A stretch of DNA of 64,000 nt from an uncultured Candidatus Saccharibacteria bacterium (GCA_964639185.1 CAZXCN010000002.1:30409-94408), one strand, 5' to 3'. Positions 27,732-38,148 are shown, numbered from the stretch's first letter. A program made the numbers and translations. The notes: generated by a model from the letters alone, not told the origin.

Positions 27732-29525
27732 TTATTTTGATGTTTTATACTTTGAACGCATAGATTCTGTAAGAAACTTCTTGCGCAAACGTACATTTTT
27801 TGGTGTAATTTCAAGGTATTCGTCATCGGCTATTATCTCTAAACCACGCTCAATAGACAGAGTATATGGTGGCTTAACGTTCACAGCTTCATCAGATCCA
27901 GACGCACGCATGTTTGTTAATTGCTTACCTTTTATCGGGTTAACAGCCATTTCATCACCCTTTGTGACATTACCTATAACCATCCCTTCATATACTTGTG
28001 TACCGTGTTCTACATACAATATTCCACGCTCTTGCAAATTCCACAAAGCAAAAGCTACAGCCATACCAGATATCATAGATGTCATAGAACCTACATCACG
28101 CTTCTTTATCTCGCCAGCGTATTCTTTAAAGCCTATGAATTGTGAAGACAACAATCCTTCACCTTTTGTATCTACTACGAATTGACCACGGTATCCGAGC
28201 AATCCTCGTGTTGGCATCTCGATCAAGATACGAGTTATACCCTCTTTATCATTCATTGAAGTTATTAACCCACGTCTAGCAGTTAACTTTTCAATAACAG
28301 AACCAGCAAGCTCACTACGCACATCAACAGTTACTTCTTCATAAGGTTCTTGTTTACCATTACCGTCATCTTTGATGATTACATGTGGCTGAGAAACTTG
28401 AAGTTCATACCCTTCACGACGCATATTTTCAAGCAATACAGCTATGTGTAATTCACCACGTCCATAAACAAGGAACCCTTCTGGGCCATCAAAATCAACT
28501 TTTAATCCAACGTTTATTTCTAATTCTTTTTCTAATCTTTCACGTATTTGTCGTCCTGTAACATATTTACCTTCACGTCCTGCAAATGGTGAGTCATTTA
28601 CTATGAAATTCAAAGATATTGTTGGTTCATCGATAGCAATAGAAGGCATAGGTTCCGTATCAGGACTTATGCAAATAGTTTCGCCGATAAATACATCTGA
28701 AATTCCAGCAATAATAGCAATGTCACCTGTAGTTAGGATATCAGCATCCTTGCGGGCAATACCTTCAAATGTAAACATCTTTACTATTTTTGAATTACGA
28801 GATTCTCCATCAGCTTTTTTGACAATAATATTTGAAGCAGTTTTTATAGACCCTGAGTATGCACGCACGATAGCTAAGCGACCTAAGAAATTATCGTAAC
28901 CTAGGTTAAATACTTGCGCTACAAATGGTGCTTCGGGATTTTTACTTGCTTCGGGTACATTTTCTAATATCAAATCCAATAATGGAGTTAAGTCTTTTGA
29001 ATCATCTGCTAGATTTTTCTTTGCGATACCTTGACGACCAATAGCATATATAGTTTTAAAATCTATCTGTTCATCATTTGCACCAAGTTCAAGGAACAAT
29101 TCCAATACTTCTTCGTGAACTTTGTCTGGATTCGCTGCTGGCTTGTCTATTTTATTTATAACAACGATTGGCTTTAGACCTAATTCAAGTGACTTTTTCA
29201 ACACGAATCGTGTTTGTGGCATTGGGCCTTCCTGAGCATCAACAAGTAGTAAAACAGAATCAATAGCACGCAAAACACGTTCAACTTCTGAACCAAAGTC
29301 CGCGTGACCAGGAGTGTCTACTATGTTTATCTTAGTACCTTTGTAAGAAACTGATGTATTTTTAGAATATATAGTAATACCACGCTCAAGCTCTAGAGCA
29401 TTTGAGTCCATAGTAGCGCCGTTATCATTCATACCGCATTGCTTCATGAGCTGATCGGTTAGAGTTGTTTTACCATGGTCCACGTGGGCTATAATTGCGA
29501 TGTTTCGTATTTCTTGATTTTGCAT
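27732..29525 (-). CDS. typA: Translational GTPase TypA/BipA
   Basis: IRNIAIIAHVDHGKTTL, DTPGHADF and NKIDK. BipA-like length and domain order. Confidence 0.9.
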   Translation of the reverse strand: MQNQEIRNIAIIAHVDHGKTTLTDQLMKQCGMNDNGATMDSNALELERGITIYSKNTSVSYKGTKINIVDTPGHADFGSEVERVLRAIDSVLLLVDAQEGPMPQTRFVLKKSLELGLKPIVVINKIDKPAANPDKVHEEVLELFLELGANDEQIDFKTIYAIGRQGIAKKNLADDSKDLTPLLDLILENVPEASKNPEAPFVAQVFNLGYDNFLGRLAIVRAYSGSIKTASNIIVKKADGESRNSKIVKMFTFEGIARKDADILTTGDIAIIAGISDVFIGETICISPDTEPMPSIAIDEPTISLNFIVNDSPFAGREGKYVTGRQIRERLEKELEINVGLKVDFDGPEGFLVYGRGELHIAVLLENMRREGYELQVSQPHVIIKDDGNGKQEPYEEVTVDVRSELAGSVIEKLTARRGLITSMNDKEGITRILIEMPTRGLLGYRGQFVVDTKGEGLLSSQFIGFKEYAGEIKKRDVGSMTSMISGMAVAFALWNLQERGILYVEHGTQVYEGMVIGNVTKGDEMAVNPIKGKQLTNMRASGSDEAVNVKPPYTLSIERGLEIIADDEYLEITPKNVRLRKKFLTESMRSKYKTSK

Positions 29526-29621
29526 AATAAATTTTAGAATAAAAATAATTCGCCTTTATTGGCGAAAGATGAGTAGATTATAGCACACAAATATTGACAA
29601 CACAAGGAAATTATTGATTTG

Positions 29622-29649
29622 AAAAAACCAACATTTCTGTTGGTTTTTT
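29622..29649 (-). terminator. Terminator after rseP
   Basis: aaaaaaccaaca tttct gttggtttttt. A second weaker hairpin lies at 29547-29568. Confidence 0.65.
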
Positions 29650-29661
29650 CAAAAAATAATC

Positions 29662-30756
29662 TTAAAACAATTTTACAATATCGTGATAAGTTACAATAAC
29701 CATCAATAGCATCAGAATACCGAAACCTATCATGTTTACAGTATTAGCAATTTTTGGCTTTATACATGAGCCTTTTATTTTTTCGATTAATAGAAATAGT
29801 AATCGCCCACCATCAAGTGCTGGAAATGGTAACAAATTAATAACTGCCAAATTTATAGATATTAATGCTGTAAATGAGAGCAAGTAAATAAAACCAAAGC
29901 TTGAAGCTGTGCCTACCATACCCACTATACCCACAGGTCCAGATATTGAAGACAGGTCAGCACTACCTACTATTGCATCATGTATTAGAGTATAGAATCC
30001 TTGCACAGTAGCAACAACCAAATGACTAGACAACTTTAACCCTTCCCACAAAGCTTTATGCAAAGGTAACTTTAAAGTGCCGATCATATCCATACCTATA
30101 CCAATACCTGGCTCATTACCCACGATATTATCATGTGGCATTATTTTTGTTTCTAGATTTTCTTTACCACGAGTGTAATTAAATTTAATTTCATCTTTTG
30201 GGTACTTACGAATAAAATATTGCAATGATGTTGCTGATGCAATATCAGTAGAATCTTCTCCTACAGATACTTTGGTAATACGATCTCCTATTTTTAACCC
30301 AGATATTTCTGCAGGTGAATTTGGTAATACACTAGTAACTGCCAATTGTGCATTTTGTACAGATTCGCCACTAGGTACAGCATCTACTGATGAAGGTAAT
30401 CCTGTCATAAACCCTACAGAAAATAGTAACCATGCTACGAGGAAATTCATGACAACTCCGGCGAATAGCACAGCGGCTTGTATATAACGAGGTTTGTTTA
30501 TAAAACTACGAGCAGAATCAGGTCCGTTCATTGATTCTTCATCTGGATTCTCACCAAATATTTTTACATACCCACCTAGTGGTAAAGCATTAAAGCTATA
30601 ACGTGTCTCCCCTTTTTTTACACTTGCAATACGTGGCGGAAAACCAAAAGCGAATTCGTCCACCCTAATACCAGATTTTTTTGCGACAATAAAATGCCCA
30701 AATTCATGAGACACAACTAAAACCAAAAGTATTACAAGGAAAATTATTATATTCAT
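29662..30756 (-). CDS. rseP: RIP metalloprotease RseP (site-2 protease, peptidase M50, with PDZ domain)
   Basis: HEFGHFIVAKKSG (HExxH) in TM1, a central PDZ-like region, and LPFPALDGG (the LDG motif). Confidence 0.8.
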   Translation of the reverse strand: MNIIIFLVILLVLVVSHEFGHFIVAKKSGIRVDEFAFGFPPRIASVKKGETRYSFNALPLGGYVKIFGENPDEESMNGPDSARSFINKPRYIQAAVLFAGVVMNFLVAWLLFSVGFMTGLPSSVDAVPSGESVQNAQLAVTSVLPNSPAEISGLKIGDRITKVSVGEDSTDIASATSLQYFIRKYPKDEIKFNYTRGKENLETKIMPHDNIVGNEPGIGIGMDMIGTLKLPLHKALWEGLKLSSHLVVATVQGFYTLIHDAIVGSADLSSISGPVGIVGMVGTASSFGFIYLLSFTALISINLAVINLLPFPALDGGRLLFLLIEKIKGSCIKPKIANTVNMIGFGILMLLMVIVTYHDIVKLF

Positions 30757-30760
30757 ATTA

Positions 30761-31294
30761 TTAATTCATTACTTCTTTTTCCTTTTTAGCAAAAATTGCT
30801 TCCAAAGTACTATTACTCTCATCTACACATTTCTGAATATCATCCTTACCTCTCTTTTGTTCATCTTCAGTCAGGTCATCGAGCTTTGTCATTTCATCTT
30901 GACGTGCTTTACGTACAGATATTCTAGCATCTTCGAGCTTGTCCTTCAGTACTTTTACTAATCTTTGTCTTGTTTCAGTAGTAAGCATGGGAAATATTGC
31001 ACGCACACCATCACTGTCAGACAATACAGACAAACCCAAGTTTGAATTTTGAATAGCTTTTTCTATTTCTTTGATTTGTTTTTTGTCCCAAGGGGCAATA
31101 CGCAATGTCTTTGGGTCCTCTACTGTGACAGATGCTATGTTCTTTATAGGTTGGAAACTACCGTAACTTTCTATATTTACTGAGTCAAGTATCATTGGTG
31201 TTGCGCGACCTGTGTGAACTGAACCAAATTCTTTTGTCAGCCATTCCTCTACTTTTTTTAATTCTTGTTTAAAATTTTGTGTATTGTAACTCAT
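30761..31294 (-). CDS. frr: Ribosome recycling factor
   Basis: VHTGRATPMILDSVNIESYG...LRIAPWDK. Confidence 0.9.
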   Translation of the reverse strand: MSYNTQNFKQELKKVEEWLTKEFGSVHTGRATPMILDSVNIESYGSFQPIKNIASVTVEDPKTLRIAPWDKKQIKEIEKAIQNSNLGLSVLSDSDGVRAIFPMLTTETRQRLVKVLKDKLEDARISVRKARQDEMTKLDDLTEDEQKRGKDDIQKCVDESNSTLEAIFAKKEKEVMN

Positions 31295-31353
31295 ATATTT
31301 TATTATTATACTAAAAAACTAATTATTTTGCTATGAACTTATTCATAAATTAA

Positions 31354-32040
31354 TTACACTATCAATGCTATATGTTCTAAAATCATTTTCACAGCAGAGC
31401 CTGGGAGTGATAGATTCTTTCGAGCTTTTAGTATTTCTTCGTATTTAAATACGTCATCTTGTATTACCTTACCATTCTTTTCGTATATAATTTTTTCCAA
31501 ATGATCTAGTATGTTTATCGCATATTCACGCAAAGGCCCGCTAGTATCACTATTTTTGTACAAGGCAACAACCTCAGTAATACTTTTAAATCTTTCATTT
31601 ATATTTTGTTTTATAAAATTCTTAACAAAAATATCTGTTGTATAAATATTTGTATGTATAGTATGTGCTCGGGACCGAAGTGTGTCAGGCAATATATCTA
31701 CTTTTGGCAAGATAAAGAAGAAATGCACTCCTTCAGTTGGCTCCTCGAACACCTTCAATAATGCATTTTCTGCTTCATGATTTATACCAGTAGCTGTAAT
31801 TATAAAATACTTGTCATTACCACAAGAAGATCTTTCGGATTGATAGCTTTTTAGTAGTTTAGCCTTCTCTATGTTTAAAGATTCATAATTTTCTATTTGC
31901 AAACATGCACTATCTTGTATGTCTACTCCACGTGACACCAGAAACTCTTTTAGAATTATTTCTGTTTGTATTACCTCACCCTCTATCAGATACGCATGGT
32001 ACAGAGTATTACCTATTTTAGATTCAAAAATATTTGCCAT
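31354..32040 (-). CDS. holB: DNA polymerase III delta-prime (HolB)-like clamp-loader subunit, short, lacking a Walker A motif
   Basis: LYHAYLIEG, AENALLKVFEEPTEGVHFFFI and DTLRSRAHTI match the delta-prime sensor-1/SRC region. There is no GxxGxGK[ST]. Confidence 0.45.
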   Translation of the reverse strand: MANIFESKIGNTLYHAYLIEGEVIQTEIILKEFLVSRGVDIQDSACLQIENYESLNIEKAKLLKSYQSERSSCGNDKYFIITATGINHEAENALLKVFEEPTEGVHFFFILPKVDILPDTLRSRAHTIHTNIYTTDIFVKNFIKQNINERFKSITEVVALYKNSDTSGPLREYAINILDHLEKIIYEKNGKVIQDDVFKYEEILKARKNLSLPGSAVKMILEHIALIV

Positions 32041-32044
32041 TTGT

Positions 32045-33115
32045 TTATTCTATCACGTCTAATGGAAACAATTCAGCCAATTCACCAGAATAATAAAATT
32101 GATATGCCAAGTCGCCAAAATTATAATTTTTATTATTTACATTGATAATTGCACCCCCGGAAAGTGGTTCAGCTTTTGGTTTTGAATAATAAAATCCAAG
32201 ATTATAAAGTGTAGCTAATACATCGGGTCTATTTGTTACATCATAACCCTCATTTTGCCATTGAGTTTGTATTTGCTTCATATATAAACCTACATATAAA
32301 TATGAATAATATGGGTCTTTTGCATTTGTAATCCTACGCATTCGCTCGGATTCTAGATCAACACCCTCTGGGTAATCTAATACGTGTTCATATTCAGGTC
32401 CAAGATAATATGGTGAGTTAGCATCTTTTAAATTATCCTCTATTTGCTTTGCGGTTTTTGGTTTTATACCAGCAATACCATATGATATGTCAGACAATGA
32501 AGCCAATATCTTCATTGGTTCGAAATACTGCTTGAAGCTCTCTCTTCTACTGCCAAAGAATCTAAATTGTTCTCCGATAATGCCACCAAGCAGTACACGA
32601 GCCGACATTCCAGAATCAGTTGCAGCTTTTTTTATGATAGCTTGATCACGAGTAAATGAGTATTTCATAACGCTCCACTCACTTGTATCAGCCCATTCAT
32701 AAGCACTATTTGGTAATTGTGATTTATTTACATTTTTTGTATAACACTCATCCATTGCATCATTAAAATCTGCATCTGTTGCAAATCGCACACTTGCAGA
32801 ATTTATCATTGCTTCGATCAGCTTGTCACTGGCACCACTATTCAAGCTTTTAAATATAGATACTGATGTAGCTGGTGCATAAACATTTAGCACTTCTATT
32901 TGGCATAAATTTTTCATACTGATGTCGTTATCACTCACTGCATGATATATTGAACCAACAAAATATGAATTCCTCTGACTTATAGAACCAGCAACATTTA
33001 GAAGTCCAAATTTTTGCGCAAAAAATACTCCAACAAAAACAAAGCCAATTACAGAAAAAATAGCAAAGAAGAATTTTAAAATTTTACCTCTTTTTGATAA
33101 TAAATTTATTGACAT
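32045..33115 (-). CDS. Hypothetical membrane-anchored or secreted protein cotranscribed downstream of mreB
   Basis: N-terminal TM/signal segment. No recognisable domain. Overlaps the mreB stop by 1 nt. Confidence 0.35.
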   Translation of the reverse strand: MSINLLSKRGKILKFFFAIFSVIGFVFVGVFFAQKFGLLNVAGSISQRNSYFVGSIYHAVSDNDISMKNLCQIEVLNVYAPATSVSIFKSLNSGASDKLIEAMINSASVRFATDADFNDAMDECYTKNVNKSQLPNSAYEWADTSEWSVMKYSFTRDQAIIKKAATDSGMSARVLLGGIIGEQFRFFGSRRESFKQYFEPMKILASLSDISYGIAGIKPKTAKQIEDNLKDANSPYYLGPEYEHVLDYPEGVDLESERMRRITNAKDPYYSYLYVGLYMKQIQTQWQNEGYDVTNRPDVLATLYNLGFYYSKPKAEPLSGGAIINVNNKNYNFGDLAYQFYYSGELAELFPLDVIE

Positions 33116-34134
33116 TACTTTTTGGAAATTATTGTCTTTTTATATGTGTCTAAGTGATTGAGGGCTTCACCTGTTCCATTCACAACACAATACAATGCAT
33201 CTGGAGCCAGACGAGCTTTTACACCTGTTTTCCTGTATACCAAATCAGGTAAATTACGCAGTTGTGAAGAGCCACCTGTCATTATGATACCCACATCAAT
33301 TATATCAGCAGCCAGTTCTGGAGGAGTTTCAGCCAATACATCTTTGATTGCACTTATCATGGTACGTAATTCTTTATCTATAGCACGCACTATTTCATTT
33401 GTAGATATTTGTGCAGTACGTGGTAAACCCTGAACGAAATCACGGCCTTTTATTGTCATAGTCAGTTCTTCCTCCAGTGGAACAGCAGCGCCGATTTTCA
33501 TTTTTATTTCTTCAGCTGTTTTATCACCGATAGCAAGGTTGAAAGTTTTCTTTATATAGTCAGTTATTGCGATATCTATTTTATCACCAGCACATTTTAC
33601 TGATGTAGATGCAACTATTCCTCCAAGAGAAATAACAGCCACGTCGGTAGTACCACCACCAATATCTACAATCATATGACCATTTGATTCATGTATTGGT
33701 ATACCTGCACCAATAGCCGCTAAGATTGGCTCCTTTACAACATATGCATTTTTAGCACCAGCACGTATAGCAGCTTCAACTACGGCACGACGCTCGGTTG
33801 AAGTAATACCAGCTGGAACCGATACCATTACATCGGGCTTCCACATATTCCATTTACCAAGTGCTTTGTGTATAAAATATCGTAACATTGCTTCGGTCAC
33901 ACGATAGTCTGCAATAACACCGTCCTTCATTGGTCGGTATGCAATTATAGATTCTGGGGTCTTACCTATCATGTCCTTTGCTTCTTTACCTATAGCAAGT
34001 ATTGAATTATCTTGTTCAGATACAGCTACCACAGAAGGCTCATTGAGCACTACACCACGTCCAGGAAAATACACTAGCGTATTCGCTGTGCCCAAATCAA
34101 TACCAAGTTTTCTAGAAAATATACCCATATACAA
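33115..34134 (-). CDS. mreB: Rod shape-determining protein MreB
   Basis: LGIDLGTANTLVY, DIGGGTTDVAV and IIMTGGSSQL. Confidence 0.9.
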   Translation of the reverse strand: MYMGIFSRKLGIDLGTANTLVYFPGRGVVLNEPSVVAVSEQDNSILAIGKEAKDMIGKTPESIIAYRPMKDGVIADYRVTEAMLRYFIHKALGKWNMWKPDVMVSVPAGITSTERRAVVEAAIRAGAKNAYVVKEPILAAIGAGIPIHESNGHMIVDIGGGTTDVAVISLGGIVASTSVKCAGDKIDIAITDYIKKTFNLAIGDKTAEEIKMKIGAAVPLEEELTMTIKGRDFVQGLPRTAQISTNEIVRAIDKELRTMISAIKDVLAETPPELAADIIDVGIIMTGGSSQLRNLPDLVYRKTGVKARLAPDALYCVVNGTGEALNHLDTYKKTIISKK

Positions 34135-34206
34135 GCGTGATTATATCACAAAGCTCGAAATAAAAAACCTCAGTAAAAATCTTATTAATATGTTACGATA
34201 TGATGT

Positions 34207-36171
34207 ATGTACATAGCTACCGTAATTCCAATTTCAAAGAGTGTAAACAAGGAACAACTCACCTACTTTACTGCAAAAGAAATACCATTGGGTAGCATTG
34301 TCGACATACCTGTACGCTCACGAACGACCGAAGGTATTGTTATCAATATTGAAGAAGCTCAAAATTTAAAAAGTGCGGTAAAAGACGCTAGCTATCAATT
34401 AAAAAAAATAGGTCAAGTTTATGGCCTAGCTCCATACCGAGAATCATTCTTTAAAGCATGTGAATTAATGAAGAATTATTCAGTTAGTACTACTGGTAGT
34501 GTCATCGATGCTATGCTCCCACAAATATTTATAGAAAAGTACAATGAGATAGAAAAAATTGCATACAGAAAACCTGAAATAAATCAAAAAGATTTAAAAC
34601 ATGAAAAATTAATATTCCAAGCACTTTCATCTGACCGCATGAGCTGGTACCGCACATTGATACGTGAAGCATTTGCAAAGAAAGAGTCTGTATATATATG
34701 TGTACCAACAGAATATGATATTGATAAATTCTATGAGAGTTTTACAAAAGGTATCGAGCAATATGTATACAAATTTCACAGTCATTTGGGCAAAAAGAAA
34801 TTAGTAGCAGATTACAACAAAGCTGTCACCGAAGAGCACCCTATCTTGATTATAGGTACTGGTATGTATTTATCTATTCCACGCTATGATATACGCACAA
34901 TAGTAGTCGAACACGAAAGTTCCGGAGGTTACAAACAAATACGTCGACCATATATAGATATCCGTAGCTTTGTAGAGGTACTGGCAGAATGTGAAAAAAT
35001 AAAACTTATATATGGTGACACACTTTTGCGCCCAGAAACATTATATCGTCATGAAATGCATGAATTAGGAGAAGTAGCTTCCCCATTATTTAGACTGCCT
35101 CAAGTTGAGCGCCAAATAATAATCGATATGAAAGATGAAGTTGATAATAAAGGTCAACATGTATTTACAGTTTTGTCAGATACAACAAAGAAAATGGTAG
35201 CCTATGCATTGGAACACAAAGAGACATCCTTCCTTTTTTCTGTGCGCAAAGGTCTTGCCGGAGTTACAGTATGTCATGATTGTGGACACACACTACTTTG
35301 CGAACATTGTCATACGCCAGTCGTATTGTATGGTAGCAAGCAAAAAACAGCTGACAAAGAAGCTGTAGATAGATTATTTATGTGTAATAAATGTGGCAAC
35401 AAAGGTAGTACTCAGGTTAGGTGTCCGAAATGTGAAAGTTGGAATCTAACACCACTTGGTATAGGTACTGATCGTGTAGTGGAAGAATTGAAAACAAATT
35501 TCCCTGATGCCACAATTGTACAAATAGACAAAGAAACCACCGCAAGTGAAGGTGAGATGAAGAAAGCATGCAATGTATTTTATGGTACCAAAGGTGCAAT
35601 ATTAGTTGGTACTGAAATGGCATTTTCCTGTATGAAAGAAGAGGTTATCCATAGTGCTATTATTTCTTTTGATGGATTGTTGTCTATCCCAAGCTACAAT
35701 ATAAATCAAAAAATCCTGCACTTGATAGAAAAACTTTCATCAATAACAGTACGCAATATGATAATCCAAACTCGTATTCCAGAAAATATTGTATTAAAGC
35801 ATGTTCTGCTCGGCAATGTCTTACCACTTTTCCGCAGTGACCTAAAAGAACGCGAAGATTTTGGTTACCCACCATACAAAAGGCTGATCAAGATCACATT
35901 TACAGGCACAGCAAAAGAAAATGAAAAAGCTCGCATATACTTGGAAAAGATTTTCAGTGAATACGAGCCACAAATATTTAGCGCTTTTGTATCTAAAATC
36001 AAAGGTCAGTATGTTACAAATACTGTAATCAAAGTAGCAAAGCAAGTATGGCCATTTCCACCAAAGGAGAATGTTATGGAGAATAACACAGATTATAGGA
36101 ATTTATATGAAAAACTAGCCTCTTTGCCACCCCAATTCTCTATAAATGTCGATCCAGAGGATTTGTTATAG
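34207..36171 (+). CDS. priA: Primosomal protein N' (PriA)-like, with degenerate helicase motifs I, II and VI
   Basis: The N-terminal 3'-DNA-binding-like domain and the Cys4-Cys4 insert (CHDCGHTLLCEHCH...CNKCGN...CPKC) are present. Motif I is SSDRMS instead of GSGKT. Motif II is VEHES instead of DEEHD. Motif VI is LSSITVRN instead of QVAGRAGR. Confidence 0.55.
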   Translation: MYIATVIPISKSVNKEQLTYFTAKEIPLGSIVDIPVRSRTTEGIVINIEEAQNLKSAVKDASYQLKKIGQVYGLAPYRESFFKACELMKNYSVSTTGSVIDAMLPQIFIEKYNEIEKIAYRKPEINQKDLKHEKLIFQALSSDRMSWYRTLIREAFAKKESVYICVPTEYDIDKFYESFTKGIEQYVYKFHSHLGKKKLVADYNKAVTEEHPILIIGTGMYLSIPRYDIRTIVVEHESSGGYKQIRRPYIDIRSFVEVLAECEKIKLIYGDTLLRPETLYRHEMHELGEVASPLFRLPQVERQIIIDMKDEVDNKGQHVFTVLSDTTKKMVAYALEHKETSFLFSVRKGLAGVTVCHDCGHTLLCEHCHTPVVLYGSKQKTADKEAVDRLFMCNKCGNKGSTQVRCPKCESWNLTPLGIGTDRVVEELKTNFPDATIVQIDKETTASEGEMKKACNVFYGTKGAILVGTEMAFSCMKEEVIHSAIISFDGLLSIPSYNINQKILHLIEKLSSITVRNMIIQTRIPENIVLKHVLLGNVLPLFRSDLKEREDFGYPPYKRLIKITFTGTAKENEKARIYLEKIFSEYEPQIFSAFVSKIKGQYVTNTVIKVAKQVWPFPPKENVMENNTDYRNLYEKLASLPPQFSINVDPEDLL

Positions 36172-36249
36172 TTATTAACGTTTTTTACTTATATTTACTC
36201 ATATAAAGCTTGCATGAAATAGCTTTATATGATATCGTAATCCTTACAT

Positions 36250-36501
36250 ATGGCAAACACAACAGTAGAAGTAAAGAAAAATGCAAACGAAAACAACATG
36301 AATCTCATGCGTCGTTTTTCACGTAAAATGCAAGAAACAGGTAATATTCAAAAAGTAAAAGGCAAGCGTTACAATGAACGCAAACTTTCAAAACTAAAAG
36401 TAAAGGAAGCAACACTCAAGCGCCTAAAAAAGAGAGCTTCTAACGAAAAGCTTTACAAGCTTGGTAAGCTAAACAGGACTTCCCGCTTTACAAAAAAGTA
36501 A
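36250..36501 (+). CDS. rpsU: 30S ribosomal protein S21
   Basis: VEVKKNANENNMNLMRRFSRKMQETG...YNERKL and a basic tail fit S21. Confidence 0.6.
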   Translation: MANTTVEVKKNANENNMNLMRRFSRKMQETGNIQKVKGKRYNERKLSKLKVKEATLKRLKKRASNEKLYKLGKLNRTSRFTKK

Positions 36502-36506
36502 TATAA

Positions 36507-36893
36507 ATGTTAACACAGGAATCTGAGATCGTTATAAACAAAACAAAAGGCAAGCTACCAAGCTTGCCTTTTGTTTCTGTTTGTAAAGCCATACTCGGTT
36601 CTGATTATGAATTATCAGTGGTATTTGTATCAAAAGCAAAATCACGAATACTGAATCGCACATATCGAAGCAAGGATTACGCAACCAATGTATTATCATT
36701 TCCACTGACCAAATCTTCCGGTGAAATAATATTATGTCCTGACATTATGCGCAAAGAACATGCATCTTTTGACATGAATTATACAAAATTTGTAACATTT
36801 TTATTTATCCACGGATGCTTGCATTTGAAAGGAATGCAACATAGTAGTACAATGGAAGAACAGGAGCGTAAATTTCTAAAGAAATTTTCTTAA
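36507..36893 (+). CDS. ybeY: rRNA maturation endoribonuclease YbeY
   Basis: HGCLHLKGMQH (the H..LHL.G.DH zinc-binding motif). Confidence 0.8.
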   Translation: MLTQESEIVINKTKGKLPSLPFVSVCKAILGSDYELSVVFVSKAKSRILNRTYRSKDYATNVLSFPLTKSSGEIILCPDIMRKEHASFDMNYTKFVTFLFIHGCLHLKGMQHSSTMEEQERKFLKKFS

Positions 36894-36925
36894 TATAACA
36901 AAACGCTTTTAGGAATTAAAAAATT

Positions 36926-38095
36926 ATGAGGCGATCAATTGCTTGTGGTATAGATATTGGCACACATACTGTACGTGTGGTTGTTATTGAACGCGACAAA
37001 AATTCATCATCGCCTATTGTTATAGCCCGTGGTCAAGCCGAAACATCCGGAGTTCGATTCGGCTATATTACCAATATCGACGCAGTTGTAAATTCAATAA
37101 AAGAAGCAGTATCCGTAGCAGAAAAAGCTTGCGGTGTAAAAATCAAACGCGCTTATGTATCTGTAGGTGGTATTGGATTGTCTTCAGAAACATCAGTAGG
37201 TAGCGCTATTATATCGCGCGCTGACAAAGAAGTTACTGCACTAGATATACAAAAAGCCACAACAGAAAGTGAAGAAAATTTAAACATTATCAATAAAAAA
37301 ATAATTCATACTGTACCTACTCAATACAAAATCGATGGCAAAGAAGTCCATGGCCGACCTGAAGGTATGAAGGGCGTAAAGCTCGAAGTGAAAACTTTAT
37401 TCGTTACAGTCCTCAAACAACACATCGAAGATTTAGCTACAGCAGTGACCGAAGCTGGAATTGAAGTAGTCGATATTGTTGCAGGAATAGTAGCCGAGAG
37501 TATTTTAATTTTAAACGAAAAAGACAAGATAGCAGGTTGTGCATTGCTTAATATTGGGTCTGAAACAGTCAACCTAGCTGTATTTGAAAACAACATACTA
37601 ACATCATTACAGGTGTTCCCTATTGGTAGTATGGATATAACAAAAGATATCGCGTTGGGATTCAAGATATCATTAGACGAAGCTGAGGGAGTAAAGCTTG
37701 GCTCTGTTATTGGTAACTATCCAAAGAAAAAACTCGACGAAATAATTGATGCCCGACTCGGCGACATATTTGAATTGGTAGAAAATCATTTAAGGAAAAT
37801 CAAGCGCAGTGGATTATTGCCAGCAGGAATAACTATTACAGGTGGAGGAAGCAGAGTACCACAGATAGAATCCGTAGCAAAAGATTATTTACGTTTACCT
37901 GCACATGCTGGAATAAAATCTGAAAATAATGCATCTAAATACAAGATTCGCGACGAAGCTTGGTTCACAGCACTTGGGCTTGCATTATTATCTAACCCAA
38001 ATATATCAGGTACTGATACTGGTATGTCAGCTAGTGATACTATTAAAAACATGCGTGGATTTTTCAAGAATTTACTTTCACAATTACTACCATAA
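36926..38095 (+). CDS. ftsA: Cell division protein FtsA
   Basis: CGIDIGTHTVRVVV, LNIGSETVNLAVF and ITGGGSRV. Adjacent to ftsZ. Confidence 0.85.
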   Translation: MRRSIACGIDIGTHTVRVVVIERDKNSSSPIVIARGQAETSGVRFGYITNIDAVVNSIKEAVSVAEKACGVKIKRAYVSVGGIGLSSETSVGSAIISRADKEVTALDIQKATTESEENLNIINKKIIHTVPTQYKIDGKEVHGRPEGMKGVKLEVKTLFVTVLKQHIEDLATAVTEAGIEVVDIVAGIVAESILILNEKDKIAGCALLNIGSETVNLAVFENNILTSLQVFPIGSMDITKDIALGFKISLDEAEGVKLGSVIGNYPKKKLDEIIDARLGDIFELVENHLRKIKRSGLLPAGITITGGGSRVPQIESVAKDYLRLPAHAGIKSENNASKYKIRDEAWFTALGLALLSNPNISGTDTGMSASDTIKNMRGFFKNLLSQLLP

Positions 38096-38117
38096 AATAT
38101 TTTATGAATTTAATATC

Positions 38118-38148
38118 AACCTCTTGTAAGCCTTCAAGAGGTTTTTTT
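38118..38148 (+). terminator. Terminator after ftsA
   Basis: aacctcttg taagcctt caagaggtt followed by ttttttt. Confidence 0.65.

Noticed and set aside
34135-34206. Strand-switch point (a 34-kb minus-strand block meets a 6-kb plus-strand block) considered as a possible replication origin
   Set aside because: The divergent spacer is only 72 nt. No dnaA, dnaN or DnaA-box clusters are evident. Gene orientation becomes mixed again after 40.5 kb. It is more likely just a divergent promoter region.
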